NCBI GenBank assembly: GCA_017631325.1
Contig: JAGBTM010000045.1
Coordinates: forward strand, 6,037-70,036
Direction: 5' to 3'
From: Clostridia bacterium
Lineage (GTDB): Bacteria; Bacillota; Clostridia; Oscillospirales; CAG-272
DNA length: 64,000 bases
The position numbers and the translations under genes are program-made. The number at the start of each line of letters is the position of its first letter. The first letter of the stretch is position 1. The notes below the pieces were generated by a model that did not search any database, was not told the DNA's origin, and was given only the letters and a program-made list of their open reading frames with translations. Shown here in pieces: positions 17,582-30,146 of this stretch.

Positions 17582-17610
17582 ATTATATATTATTGACGTC
17601 GCTAAGTCAA
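17582..17610 (-). promoter_or_regulatory. sigma-A type promoter
   Basis: On the minus strand: TTGACT (17610-17605), 17 nt spacer, TATAAT (17587-17582). It sits immediately after the upstream terminator. Confidence 0.6.
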
Positions 17611-17630
17611 TATAATACCGAAATAAATGC

Positions 17631-17665
17631 GAGAGGACTGTATCTACGTACGATACAGTCCTCTC
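17631..17665 (-). terminator. terminator hairpin after the 17688..18032 gene
   Basis: 14 bp perfect stem gagaggactgtatc / gatacagtcctctc with a 7 nt loop. The minus-strand downstream sequence is moderately U-rich. Confidence 0.6.
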
Positions 17666-17687
17666 GGGCGTTTGATTTGAGGAATAC

Positions 17688-18032
17688 TTACAGAGTTTCC
17701 TCGTGCTCGGTGCTTCTGGATTCCTCCTCGTCGCCCTCGGGATTAACGTTTTCCTTACCCGGAATAACTATACCCTTGAGCATCGAGTGAACGTTCTCGG
17801 CATGCTTCTTGTCTATGATACGCTGTTTTGCGAGCTTAGACGAATTGAGGTCGCTAAGTATCTCGTCGCTTACAGAGCCGTCCTCGAGAGTTAAAAATCT
17901 CTCGAATGCATCGGGATAAACGAACACCTTCTCTGTTGTATCAAATTTTACAGTCAAATACTGTCCTTTAGTTAAAATTACCGTTCCGACACCAAACGTC
18001 TTGTGTCTTACCTTCAGATTATCGAAAACCAT
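17688..18032 (-). CDS. hypothetical protein with an acidic C-terminus
   Basis: 114 aa ORF, with a terminator directly downstream. No motif recognised. Confidence 0.5.
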   Translation of the reverse strand: MVFDNLKVRHKTFGVGTVILTKGQYLTVKFDTTEKVFVYPDAFERFLTLEDGSVSDEILSDLNSSKLAKQRIIDKKHAENVHSMLKGIVIPGKENVNPEGDEEESRSTEHEETL

Positions 18033-18298
18033 AATGCCCTCCGATTTCTTATTATGCCGTACGAGCTAAAACTTATAACCTATAATAATATATGTAACGA
18101 ATTAATTTTTGATATCAAGCTTTTTTATAATTATAATGTAAAGTTTAGTTCATATTGAGCGTCGGTTATTATAGCAGATAAATGTTTCTAAAGTATGAAC
18201 AAATGATATGTTTTTTAGATATTTTTCACTTTTTTCAAAAAAAGCTGTGATAAAAAACAAAAGCGTTTTATTTTTTGTAAAAAAAACAACATTTTTAT

Positions 18299-18350
18299 AA
18301 AAAAACGAGCGAGCCGTTCCTTACCGCAAGATAAGTCAAATGCTCGCTCG
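18299..18350 (-). terminator. candidate terminator of gpmI
   Basis: Stem cgagcgagc / gctcgctcg with a 27 nt loop, followed by T7 on the minus strand. Confidence 0.5.
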
Positions 18351-18391
18351 AATATTTGTTTGAATAATTTTTAAGCCTTTGGACGTAAGAA

Positions 18392-20047
18392 TTACTTAAG
18401 CTCTACCATCGACTCGTCCCAGATTTCAGGCGCTTCGTAGCCAAGAAGATTTACGGTAGTGGCTGCAACGCTCGAAAGTCCGAAGTCGCGTCTACCAAGC
18501 TTAATTTCGTATTCACCTGCCGTGGTGTTATCATAGATAATAAAAGGAACGGGATTTAAGGTGTGGCTGGTCTTTGCTTTAAAGGAGCCGTCCTTATTTG
18601 CCTTGGGCGCGCCACTCTTCTTATCAATCTCGTACATTTCGTCGGCATTTCCGTGGTCAGCAGTTATAAGCGCTACGCCCGAAAGCTCGTCAACCACCTT
18701 GAGAAGTCTCGCAAGCTGAAGGTCAAGCGCCTCCATCGAGCATTCGGTGGCGAGAAATGAGCCGGTGTGTCCTACCATATCACCGTTGGGGAAATTGACA
18801 CGGAGATACTTATACTTACCTGAACGAAGGCACTCGATAAGCTTATCGGTAATCTCTGCGCACTTCATCCACGGACGCTCCTCAAAAGGAACGACGTCAG
18901 AGGGGATTTCAATATAGGTTTCGAGCTCCTCGGAGAACTTACCCGACTTGTTGCCGTTCCAGAAATAAGTTACGTGGCCGTACTTCTGGGTCTCGGAAAT
19001 AGCGAGCTCGGATATGCCTGCCGATACTAGATACTCGGTCATAGTACCCGTGATTTCAGGGGGAGATACGAGATAGCGCGAGGGGATATGAAGGTCACCG
19101 TCGTACTCGAGCATACCTGCATAAAGAACAGTGGGAACTCTCTTTCTGTCAAACTTATCAAAGTCGGCTCCGGATTCAAACGCCTTGGAAATTTCTATGG
19201 AACGGTCACCGCGGAAGTTAAAGAATATTACGCTGTCGCCGTCCTCGATGGTACCTACGGGCGCACCGTCCTTTGCAATAACAAAAGGGGGGAGGTCCTG
19301 GTCGATAACCTTGTACTCGCTTCTGTAAGCGTTGATAGCCTCCTCTGCCGAAGCAAAGGCTCTTCCCTCTCCGAGAACATGTGTCTGCCAGCCGCGCTCA
19401 ACCATAGTCCAGTTAGCCTCGTATCTGTCCATGGTTATCTGCATTCTGCCACCGCCCGATGCGATAGCAATATCAAAATCAGCCGAGCGAAGAGTGTTAA
19501 GATACTCCTCAAAAGGAAGAACGTAGTCAAGAGCGCTGGTTTCGCCAACGTCACGGCCGTCGAGAAGAATATGAACTCTTACTCTCGATACGCCCTCACG
19601 CTTTGCCTGGTTAATAAGGGCTTTGAGGTGATCGATGTGAGAGTGAACGTTGCCGTCGGAAAAAAGACCTAGGAAATGAAGGGTTGACTTGTTATTCTTT
19701 ACACCGGAGATAAGCGTCTGCCAGGTGTCAGAGGCGAAAATCTTTCCACTCTCGATAGACTGAGAAACGAGCTTTGCGCCCTGAGCGAAAACCTGTCCCG
19801 AGCCAAGCGCGTTATGTCCTACCTCTGAGTTACCCATATCGTCATCACCGGGAAGACCTACTGCTGTACCGTGAGCCTTTATCGCAAGGGTGGGATACTT
19901 CGCCATAAGCATATCGAGTGTGGGGGTGTGCGCCTTTGCGATAGCGTTAGCGCCGTTGTCGGGTGCTATGCCGACACCGTCCATTACTATGGTGAGAAGC
20001 GGTCCCTTGACGCCCTCAAATTTAGTTGATTTTTTAAGCTGTGCCAT
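18392..20047 (-). CDS. gpmI: 2,3-bisphosphoglycerate-independent phosphoglycerate mutase
   Basis: 551 aa. DGVGI, MGNSEVGHNALG, and the ADHGNAD metal-site block. Confidence 0.9.
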   Translation of the reverse strand: MAQLKKSTKFEGVKGPLLTIVMDGVGIAPDNGANAIAKAHTPTLDMLMAKYPTLAIKAHGTAVGLPGDDDMGNSEVGHNALGSGQVFAQGAKLVSQSIESGKIFASDTWQTLISGVKNNKSTLHFLGLFSDGNVHSHIDHLKALINQAKREGVSRVRVHILLDGRDVGETSALDYVLPFEEYLNTLRSADFDIAIASGGGRMQITMDRYEANWTMVERGWQTHVLGEGRAFASAEEAINAYRSEYKVIDQDLPPFVIAKDGAPVGTIEDGDSVIFFNFRGDRSIEISKAFESGADFDKFDRKRVPTVLYAGMLEYDGDLHIPSRYLVSPPEITGTMTEYLVSAGISELAISETQKYGHVTYFWNGNKSGKFSEELETYIEIPSDVVPFEERPWMKCAEITDKLIECLRSGKYKYLRVNFPNGDMVGHTGSFLATECSMEALDLQLARLLKVVDELSGVALITADHGNADEMYEIDKKSGAPKANKDGSFKAKTSHTLNPVPFIIYDNTTAGEYEIKLGRRDFGLSSVAATTVNLLGYEAPEIWDESMVELK

Positions 20048-20221
20048 GTTCTTTGCCTTTCAGTTATTTATCTTAAATTTATCTTTTTGTTTTTAATCGT
20101 TGCGTTTGTCTTTGCGCTCTTTTACCATTTGTCTTTGCGTTGTCTTGGCGTGTTTTTTCGTTTGCTATGCCTACACTAACAAATCTGTCGGCCACATCGA
20201 GCTTTTATCGGCTTTAAGTTA

Positions 20222-22219
20222 TTAAATATCCGCGTCCTTGATATAAAGATGTCCAAAGTCGGTAATAAACTTCTTTCTGTCTTGGAGTGCATCGCCAAGC
20301 AAGACGTCGAACATCTTGGCGGTGGCTTCTGCGTCCGCCGGCGTTACCGCTATAAGACGGCGCGTCTGAGGGCACATAGTCGTGCGCCACATCATTTCGG
20401 GCTCGTTCTCACCAAGTCCCTTTGAGCGCTGAAGAATATATTTTTTACTGCCGAGCTTCGAGATAATATCGCTCTTCTCCTGCTCGTTGTAGGCAAAATA
20501 GGTTTCGCCTCCTGCCGTAATCTCAAAAAGAGGCGACTCGGCGATATAGATTTTGCCCCTCTCGATAAGAGTGGGAAGCAGACGGTAAAACATTGTGAGA
20601 AGCAGGGTTCGTATCTGGAAGCCGTCCTCGTCCGCATCGGTACATATTATAATCTTATTCCATTTTAAGAGATTATAGTCAAAGGTCGCTATATCGCTCT
20701 TCTTTCCCGTTTTAACCTCAACTCCACAGCCGATAACCTTGAGCAAGTCAACGATAATATCGCTCGCGAATATTTTGTCATAGGTGCTCTTCATACAGTT
20801 GAGCGTTTTACCTCTGACGGGAATTATAGCCTGAAATTCAGCGTTTCTACCAAGCTTACAGCTTGACATAGCAGAGTCACCCTCTACTATATAAATTTCG
20901 CGAATCTTGGGGTCCTTTGAGCCACAGGGGATAAACTTCTCTACTCTGTTGGAAACGTCCATCGTGCCTGTGAGCTTCTTTTTGATATCTACCTTGGTTT
21001 TTTCGGCAGTTTCCCTCGCGCGCTTGTTTACAAGCACCTGATTTACTATCGTGGTCGCCTCGGTCTTATTCTCGGTAAGATATATTTCAAGCTTGGTTTT
21101 GATAAACTCGGTGAGAGCCTTCTGGATAAATGCGTTGGTTATCGCCTTCTTGGTCTGGTTCTCGTATGAGGTCTGGGTCGAGGCCGAGTTGACAATAATC
21201 GAAAGGTTGTCCGCAATATCGGAGAATGAAATCTTAGCCTCGTTTTTGGTGTACTTATTCTGCGCTTTGATAAACTTATCTATGGCGTAGGTGAATGCCG
21301 CCTTTACAGCCTTATCGGGCGCACCTCCGTACTCGAGAAATGACGAGTTATGATAATACTCGGTAAGACCCGACTTAGTAAAGCAGAATGTTATCTCAGC
21401 CTTGAGCTTGTAGTCGGCCATATCCTCTCTGTCACGGCCCTTGGTTTCAAGGCTCCAAAGCACAGGCTGTGTCAAGGCTATACCGTCGGTTATCTCCGCA
21501 ATATAGTCGGCAACACCGCGCTCGTAGTAAAACTCGCTCTTTTCAAACTTGCCCTTGTCGTTCTCAACCTCGAGAATAAATTTAATTCCCGCATTTACAA
21601 AGGCCTGGCGGCGAAGTGTCGCGCTGAGAAATTCGACGGGTATGTCTATTTCCTTAAAGACCTTAATATCGGGTCGCCAGCGAATAACCGTGCCTCGACG
21701 CTTCATTCCCGCAACCACGTCATCTATGGTGAGCGTGCCGACGGGATTACCCGCCTTGAAGCTCATTGAGGAAACGGTCTTGCCGTTATAGGACTTGACG
21801 GTCATAAACTCCGAGGAATACTGCGTAGCAGTAGCACCAAGACCGTTAAGGCCGAGTGAGAACTCGTAAGCCGAGTTTCCGTCGTTGTTATCGTACTTGC
21901 CTCCTGCGTAAAGCTCGCAGAAAACGAGCTCCCAGTTATACCTCTTCTCCTTCTCGTTGTAGCCAAGAGGAACGCCACGGCCGAAGTCCTCTACCTCTAT
22001 TGATAAATCCCTGTATTTTTTGACGATAATTTTGTCGCCATAGCCCTCGCGAGCCTCGTCCACCGAGTTTGCGAGTATCTCTATAAACGAGTGCTGACAG
22101 CCAATAAGGTCGTCGGAGCCGAAAATAACCGCGGGTCTTTTTCTGACACGGTCGGCACCCTTCAGACTTTTTATGCTCTGGTCACCGTATGCTTTCTTTG
22201 CAGTCGTACTAGTAGCCAC
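20222..22219 (-). CDS. type IIA DNA topoisomerase subunit B (GyrB/ParE family)
   Basis: 665 aa. GHKL ATPase N-terminus (EILANSVDEA), a Toprim EGDSA block and PL(R/K)GK-like RGKTLN. No A subunit is adjacent in this window. Confidence 0.85.
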   Translation of the reverse strand: MATSTTAKKAYGDQSIKSLKGADRVRKRPAVIFGSDDLIGCQHSFIEILANSVDEAREGYGDKIIVKKYRDLSIEVEDFGRGVPLGYNEKEKRYNWELVFCELYAGGKYDNNDGNSAYEFSLGLNGLGATATQYSSEFMTVKSYNGKTVSSMSFKAGNPVGTLTIDDVVAGMKRRGTVIRWRPDIKVFKEIDIPVEFLSATLRRQAFVNAGIKFILEVENDKGKFEKSEFYYERGVADYIAEITDGIALTQPVLWSLETKGRDREDMADYKLKAEITFCFTKSGLTEYYHNSSFLEYGGAPDKAVKAAFTYAIDKFIKAQNKYTKNEAKISFSDIADNLSIIVNSASTQTSYENQTKKAITNAFIQKALTEFIKTKLEIYLTENKTEATTIVNQVLVNKRARETAEKTKVDIKKKLTGTMDVSNRVEKFIPCGSKDPKIREIYIVEGDSAMSSCKLGRNAEFQAIIPVRGKTLNCMKSTYDKIFASDIIVDLLKVIGCGVEVKTGKKSDIATFDYNLLKWNKIIICTDADEDGFQIRTLLLTMFYRLLPTLIERGKIYIAESPLFEITAGGETYFAYNEQEKSDIISKLGSKKYILQRSKGLGENEPEMMWRTTMCPQTRRLIAVTPADAEATAKMFDVLLGDALQDRKKFITDFGHLYIKDADI

Positions 22220-22352
22220 AAAACCCCTCCAAAATAATAATCTAAATAATATTTTATCATATTAAAATAAAAATGTCAAGTTTTATTGACGGTGATATCT
22301 TCATATATTTGGGATTTTTTTCTACTTTTTCTATGAAATAGGTAAAGTATGG

Positions 22353-22381
22353 TTGACGGCAAGAGCGAAATAGTGTATAAT
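22353..22381 (+). promoter_or_regulatory. sigma-A type promoter
   Basis: TTGACG, 17 nt spacer, TATAAT, about 40 nt upstream of the GTG start at 22423. Confidence 0.6.
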
Positions 22382-22422
22382 CTTATTGCCGTATCAATTC
22401 TAGGCAAAAGGAGAGCTACACC

Positions 22423-23247
22423 GTGCAAAGACAAAAAATAGTAGTAAAGGGCGCGCCACACGGAATGACGGTTAAGGATTTTCTAAGGCGTGAGGGATAC
22501 TCCGTTACTCTGATTAAGCGCATTAAATACGGCGGTATTCTGCTTTCGGGCGTTCCCGTAACGGTGAGGGCCACGGTAAAGGACGGCGACGAAATCGAGC
22601 TCGTGCTCAAAGGTGGTGCTTGCTCGGATATTGCCCCTATGAATATCGATATAAGGGTGCTTTATGAGGACGAATATCTGGTAGCCCTCGACAAGCCGAC
22701 GAATATGCCGACTCACCCATCGCGAGGTAACAGTCTTCCAACGCTTGCAAACGCAGTTATGGGAATGTACGGAGAGGATTTCACCTTTCGGGCAGTAAAC
22801 CGACTTGACAGAGATACCTCGGGTATAGTTATTATAGCAAAGGACCAGCACACCGCTTCTCTTCTCTCTAAGGATATGCAGGCAGGAAAATTCAAGAAAA
22901 AGTATAGCTGTCGCGTTGAAGGCGTACCTCTACAGCGTGAGGGTCTGATAGACGCGCCTATCGAAAGAGAGTGCGAGGGCTCGATTAAGCGTGTGGTCCG
23001 AGAGGACGGAAAACGCTCTATAACAGAATACAAAGTCATAGATTACGACGGCGAGACGTCGCTGTGCGAGATAATTCTGCACACTGGCAGAACACACCAG
23101 ATACGAGTACACATGGCATATATCGGCACTCCTCTTCTTGGAGATTTTCTCTACGGCACACCGTCGGAGGGGAAATATTTTTTGCGATGTACGGAGATTA
23201 GGCTGCCTCATCCCGTAACAAAGGAAGAGCTTGTTATAAAGGCGTGA
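22423..23247 (+). CDS. RluA-family pseudouridine synthase
   Basis: N-terminal S4-like domain, then LDKP..M.THPS, NRLDRDTSG (catalytic Asp) and HQIRVH. GTG start with AAAGGAGAG RBS. Confidence 0.85.
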   Translation: MQRQKIVVKGAPHGMTVKDFLRREGYSVTLIKRIKYGGILLSGVPVTVRATVKDGDEIELVLKGGACSDIAPMNIDIRVLYEDEYLVALDKPTNMPTHPSRGNSLPTLANAVMGMYGEDFTFRAVNRLDRDTSGIVIIAKDQHTASLLSKDMQAGKFKKKYSCRVEGVPLQREGLIDAPIERECEGSIKRVVREDGKRSITEYKVIDYDGETSLCEIILHTGRTHQIRVHMAYIGTPLLGDFLYGTPSEGKYFLRCTEIRLPHPVTKEELVIKA

Positions 23248-23514
23248 TTTCTGCGCCGGGAAAATTAAAGTGCGAAAGGCATGATTTTTTGCGCTGAAGA
23301 TTTTAAAACCGCATCAGTTTGATGTGCATAAGCCAAAATTTTATAATAAAAAAACAACGAAATTGCAATCAACTTCGAGCATTCTGCCCGAAATTTTCTA
23401 GCATTTTCGTTGTTTTTTGCGTTTTATAATGGATTTGATAGATTTTTTGAGAGAGACCTGTTCGATTTAAAAAGGTCTTAATTAAAGCCTGAATGAAGCG
23501 TACGAAAAGCCGTA

Positions 23515-25551
<2,037 letters not shown>

Positions 25552-25676
25552 CTATTATTCTACCACTTTATATGTTTTTTGTCAAGGTTAACTATGCTTT
25601 TAGTGCTTTCTCAAAAGTCTGTTTTTATTGTTAAACCGCTATAACAGAATATTTCTATAAAAGTTCAAAAATACTA

Positions 25677-25704
25677 TTGACATTTTATCTGTCTTATGTA
25701 TAAT
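25677..25704 (+). promoter_or_regulatory. sigma-A type promoter
   Basis: TTGACA, 16 nt spacer, TATAAT. Confidence 0.6.
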
Positions 25705-25754
25705 ATAATTGTACATTGTTTAGTACATCATACACAAATCTTCGGAGAAAACAG

Positions 25755-26651
25755 ATGGAACAGATGAAAAGAAAAATAGGCGGCGAGAATTTAAAAAGAT
25801 TTGCCTTCTTAAACTTTGGAATACTGCTTATGGCGGTTGGTATATACTTTTTCAAAGCGCCAAACGGCTTTGCTACAGGAGGCGTGAGCGGTCTTTCCAT
25901 AATACTTTCAAATGTTCTGCCGGTTATGTCACAAGCAACTTATATGCTTATTATAAACGTTTTGCTTCTTATTATTGGCATTTTTGTTCTTGGACGTGAG
26001 TGCGGTGGACTTACGATATACTCATCTCTTGCAATGTCGCTGGAAAATCAGCTTTTTGAGTGGATTTTCCCGATGAGCGAGCCGCTTACCGCTTATCCCC
26101 TGCTTGAGCTTGTATACGCTGTGCTGCTTACAGGCGTAGGCTCAGCAATAATTTTTAAATGCAAATCTTCCTCCGGCGGTACGGATATCGTAGCGCTCGT
26201 ATTGAAAAAATACACCGATATGAACGTTGGAACGGCACTGCTGTTCACCGATTTTCTGATAGTTCTTGCTACATTTGTGGGATTCGAAAACGGTGTTGCA
26301 TATTTTGCGGCAACAACGGGACTTTTCTCTCTGCTTGGACTGTTTGCCAAGGTGTTTGTGGTAGATGACATAATCGACTCAATAAATATGTGTAAGTCCT
26401 TTACTATTATTACCGCAAAGCCGCGTGAAATATCGGAGTATATAATAGCAAAGCTTCACCACGGCGCCACGCTCCTTGAAGGGTACGGCGCGTTTACGAG
26501 CGATGACAAAAGCGTTATTCTGACCGTGTGCCGCAGAAGTGAGGCAATACGTTTAAGACGCGCCGTAAACGAAATAGACTCTCACGCATTTATCATTATA
26601 ACGAAAACGAGCGAAATTCTTGGAAAGGGATTCCGCGATAACGTCAATTAA
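25755..26651 (+). CDS. YitT-family membrane protein (with C-terminal DUF2179)
   Basis: F.KAPNGFATGGVSGLSII motif, five TM segments and a soluble C-terminal domain. Start at the ATG at 25755, which has a GGAG RBS. Confidence 0.8.
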   Translation: MEQMKRKIGGENLKRFAFLNFGILLMAVGIYFFKAPNGFATGGVSGLSIILSNVLPVMSQATYMLIINVLLLIIGIFVLGRECGGLTIYSSLAMSLENQLFEWIFPMSEPLTAYPLLELVYAVLLTGVGSAIIFKCKSSSGGTDIVALVLKKYTDMNVGTALLFTDFLIVLATFVGFENGVAYFAATTGLFSLLGLFAKVFVVDDIIDSINMCKSFTIITAKPREISEYIIAKLHHGATLLEGYGAFTSDDKSVILTVCRRSEAIRLRRAVNEIDSHAFIIITKTSEILGKGFRDNVN

Positions 26652-26685
26652 AATACAAAAAAATTAAAACCTAGCAAAAAAGCAA

Positions 26686-26740
26686 AGCAGAACTGCATAT
26701 CGGCTATCTACCCCCGAGTGCAGTCCTGCTTTTTATTTTA
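26686..26740 (+). terminator. Rho-independent terminator
   Basis: 12 bp stem (11 of 12 paired), agcagaactgca / tgcagtcctgct, followed by a T-run. Confidence 0.6.
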
Positions 26741-26818
26741 CTTTTTATTTTATTTATTTCGGTGAAATATTTGTGTTTTTTCTTACTAGAGTTTTATAAA
26801 GAAGCTTTTCTTCCCGAA

Positions 26819-28093
26819 TTATTTTAGAAGCTTTTCAAGTGCCGCAAGGCGTACTGCGAGAGTAAGAATAGCCGTTGCTACCTTAAGCTCGTCGTTTGTG
26901 GGATAGGTGGGTGCTATGCGCAGGTTCTCGTCCCTCGGGTCAATGCCGTAGGGGAAGGTTGCGCCAACAGAGGTAAGAGTAACTCCAGCCTCCTTCATAA
27001 GCTCAAATACACGTTTTGCGCAGCCAGGCATAACGTTAAGAGAAACGAAATATCCCCCGCGAGGCTTCGTCCACTCTGCGATACCGAGTCCGTCGAGTTC
27101 ATCAAGAGCCGAAAGGGTAATATCAAACTTCTCGCCTATAAGCTCGGCAAGGAGCATCATGTGCTTGTGAACTGCCTCGCCGTCGCTGAAATAAGAGGTG
27201 TGCCTTAGCTGATTGAGCTTGTCGTAGCCGATAGTCTGAACACCCATATAAGTGAGGATTTGCTTAAGGTTCTTAGGGGACGCCGCCATCATGGCAACGC
27301 CTGCGCCCGGAAAGGTGATTTTTGAGGTAGACGTAAAGTAGAATATTCTGTCGAGTGTGCCGTACTTCTCTGCCTCGTCGAAAATGTTGAGAAGCTTGTC
27401 GCCCTCCTCACCGAGATCGTGCACTGCGTAGGCGTTATCCCACATTATGCGAAAATCGGGAGCGGCACATTCCATTTTTGCAAGTCGGCGTACAGTTTCG
27501 TCGGAATAGGTATTACCCGTCGGGTTAGAATACTTAGGAACACACCAGATGCCCTTTACCTTAGGGTCACAGACGAGCTGCTCAACCATATCCATATCGG
27601 GACCGTCCGACGTCATAGGCACTGAAAGAAGCTCAAATCCGAGCGTCTCGGTAATTTTAAAGTGTCTGTCGTAGCCGGGGGTTACGCAAATCCACTTAAG
27701 CCCCTCCTCCTTGCACCAAGGACGCTCGGAGCCAACCACACCGAAGAGCATCGCTCTGGCGAGGGCGTCGTACATAAGCTGAAGCGAGGAGTTGCCTCCT
27801 ACCGCGATATATTCCTCCTTGATGCCAAGCATATCGGCAAAAAGCTTCTTCATCTCGGGAATACCGTCAAGCACACCGTAGTTACGACAGTCAAATCCGC
27901 TAACTGAGAAGCACTTCTCTCTCGGACGGGACTCTGCGAGCAGAGGAAGGCTGATATCGAGCTGGTCTGAGTTAGGCTTACCGCGCGAGAGGTCAAGCTT
28001 AAGGCCCTGCGCTTTATATTTTTCGTACTCACTCTTTACGAGAGAATACTCATTCTGTAGCTCCTGTTTTGTTAAGAGATTATAGTTTTTCAT
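26819..28093 (-). CDS. PLP-dependent aminotransferase (class I/II fold)
   Basis: 424 aa. SKPN-like NPTG block, SKITFPGAG (PLP-Lys context), and overall aspartate-aminotransferase-fold length. Confidence 0.7.
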   Translation of the reverse strand: MKNYNLLTKQELQNEYSLVKSEYEKYKAQGLKLDLSRGKPNSDQLDISLPLLAESRPREKCFSVSGFDCRNYGVLDGIPEMKKLFADMLGIKEEYIAVGGNSSLQLMYDALARAMLFGVVGSERPWCKEEGLKWICVTPGYDRHFKITETLGFELLSVPMTSDGPDMDMVEQLVCDPKVKGIWCVPKYSNPTGNTYSDETVRRLAKMECAAPDFRIMWDNAYAVHDLGEEGDKLLNIFDEAEKYGTLDRIFYFTSTSKITFPGAGVAMMAASPKNLKQILTYMGVQTIGYDKLNQLRHTSYFSDGEAVHKHMMLLAELIGEKFDITLSALDELDGLGIAEWTKPRGGYFVSLNVMPGCAKRVFELMKEAGVTLTSVGATFPYGIDPRDENLRIAPTYPTNDELKVATAILTLAVRLAALEKLLK

Positions 28094-28369
28094 CTTTTAT
28101 TCCTTTTTGTTGCGTTTTTTGAATGAAAAAAAGCGTGAAAATTCATTTTTTCAAGTTTTTATTTATAATTATAGTATATTTTGCATTATTTTTCAAGTGT
28201 TTTTGCAAAAAATATATTTTTTTGATGTTTTTCTTTCATTTTTTGCCTTTTGCCTAAATTGCGGATTAAAAAACGGACGTTCTGTGAGCGCGGAGTGTCC
28301 AAACACTTAAAAATAAGCGCGAAAACAAGCTGGTAAATTAAGCTTTTTTAACCTTTTTGTCGCTTTTAC

Positions 28370-28398
28370 TTGACAAAACGGTCAAGTTAAGATATAAT
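28370..28398 (+). promoter_or_regulatory. sigma-A type promoter of proS
   Basis: Perfect TTGACA, 17 nt spacer, TATAAT. No T-box-like leader follows. Confidence 0.7.
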
Positions 28399-28439
28399 TT
28401 ATCTGTTAAGTTATATCTTTGAAAGGATTTTATATATTT

Positions 28440-29885
28440 ATGGCAGGAAAAGACAACAAAAAGCTGGTAGCCGAGATAACCTCGATGGACGAGGACTTTG
28501 CTCGTTGGTACACCGATATCGTTAAAAAGGCCGACCTTATCGACTACTCCAGCGTAAAGGGCTGTATGATTATCCGTCCCTACGGCTATGCTATTTGGGA
28601 GAACATTCAGAAAATTCTTGACGCAAGATTCAAGGAAACGGGCGTTGAGAACGTTTATATGCCTATGTTCATTCCCGAGTCGCTTCTCAAAAAGGAGAAG
28701 GACCACGTTGAAGGATTTGCTCCCGAGGTTGCGTGGGTAACACACGGCGGTAACGAGAGACTAGCCGAGCGCCTTTGCGTTCGTCCTACGTCCGAAACTC
28801 TTTTCTGCGAGCATTACGCGAATATTATAAAGTCGTATAGAGATTTGCCCAAGGTTTACAACCAGTGGTGCTCGGTCGTTCGTTGGGAAAAGACTACCCG
28901 TCCTTTCCTCCGCTCGCGCGAGTTTCTTTGGCAGGAGGGCCACACCATGCACAGAACCGCAAAAGAGGCCGAGGAGCGCACCGTACAGATGCTCAACGTC
29001 TATGCGGACTTCTTCGAAAACGATCTCGGAATTCCCGTCGTAAAGGGACGCAAAACCGACAAGGAGAAGTTTGCAGGCGCTGAAGCTACCTACACCGTAG
29101 AGGCTCTTATGCACGACGGTAAGGCTCTTCAGGGCGGAACCTCTCATAACTTTGGCAACGGCTTTGCAAAGGCCTTTGACATTCAGTTCCTCGACAACGA
29201 CAACACACTTAAATACGCTTATGAAACCTCGTGGGGCGTTTCCACCCGTATTATCGGCGGTATCATTATGACACACGGAGATGACTCGGGTCTTGTGCTT
29301 CCTCCGAGCGTAGCGCCTATTCAGGTTGTGGTTATCCCCGTTCAGCAGCACAAGGATGGCGTTCTTGAGGCGGCAGAGGGTATCGCAGACACGCTCAAGG
29401 CTGCCGGATACAGAGTTAAGCTTGACGACTCCGACCAATCACCCGGCTGGAAATTCTCCGAGTACGAGATGCGCGGTGTACCGCTCAGAATTGAGATAGG
29501 TCCTCGCGATATGGCAGAGGGTAAGTGCGTTATAGTCCGCAGAGACAACAGAGAAAAAACCTTCGTTTCTCTCGAAAACCTTACAAATTCCGTAGCAGAA
29601 GGCCTTAGCAACCTTCGCGATGCTCTCTACGAGAAGGCGCTTAACAACAGAAATGCTCGCACCTTCGTAGCAAAGAGCTTTGATGAGCTTAAGGATATCG
29701 CAGAGAAAGAGAGTGGCTATATCAAGGCTATGTGGTGTGGCGAGCTCGAATGCGAGCTTAAGCTCAAGGAGGAGGCCGACGTAAGCTCGCGCTGTATTCC
29801 CTTTGAGGGCGAGGCAGTTTCGGACACCTGCGTTTGCTGTGGCAAGCCTGCAAAGAAGCTCGTTTATTGGGGCAAGGCATATTAA
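28440..29885 (+). CDS. proS: proline--tRNA ligase (archaeal/eukaryote-like type)
   Basis: About 481 aa. FARWYTDIV, class II motifs, and a C-terminal zinc-binding ..C.C.GKPAK..VYWGKAY tail. Confidence 0.9.
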   Translation: MAGKDNKKLVAEITSMDEDFARWYTDIVKKADLIDYSSVKGCMIIRPYGYAIWENIQKILDARFKETGVENVYMPMFIPESLLKKEKDHVEGFAPEVAWVTHGGNERLAERLCVRPTSETLFCEHYANIIKSYRDLPKVYNQWCSVVRWEKTTRPFLRSREFLWQEGHTMHRTAKEAEERTVQMLNVYADFFENDLGIPVVKGRKTDKEKFAGAEATYTVEALMHDGKALQGGTSHNFGNGFAKAFDIQFLDNDNTLKYAYETSWGVSTRIIGGIIMTHGDDSGLVLPPSVAPIQVVVIPVQQHKDGVLEAAEGIADTLKAAGYRVKLDDSDQSPGWKFSEYEMRGVPLRIEIGPRDMAEGKCVIVRRDNREKTFVSLENLTNSVAEGLSNLRDALYEKALNNRNARTFVAKSFDELKDIAEKESGYIKAMWCGELECELKLKEEADVSSRCIPFEGEAVSDTCVCCGKPAKKLVYWGKAY

Positions 29886-30146
29886 TTCCTATCTCTAATT
29901 GGGTGTAATCTTTCATCTGAAAGCACCCCACAGACCTCGTTTTGAGTGAAAGTAAAAAAAGCCGAGATAAAATACAATTCAATCGGTGCGTATACGCTCA
30001 CTTATGCATAAAGCAAAATTGCGTTGACGTCAAAATCCAACAGTATAAAGCATAAACAAAAAATCAAAAGAGCCTATTATATAATATAACGGAAAATAAA
30101 ATTTGCCCGTAGCGGTATATAAAAACGCAGAAAGGGGGTAAACGCC

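Noticed and set aside
28094-28440. Possible T-box leader upstream of proS.
   Set aside because: A perfect promoter lies only about 40 nt upstream of the start codon. No AGAGA, GGUGNRA or T-box sequence elements are present.
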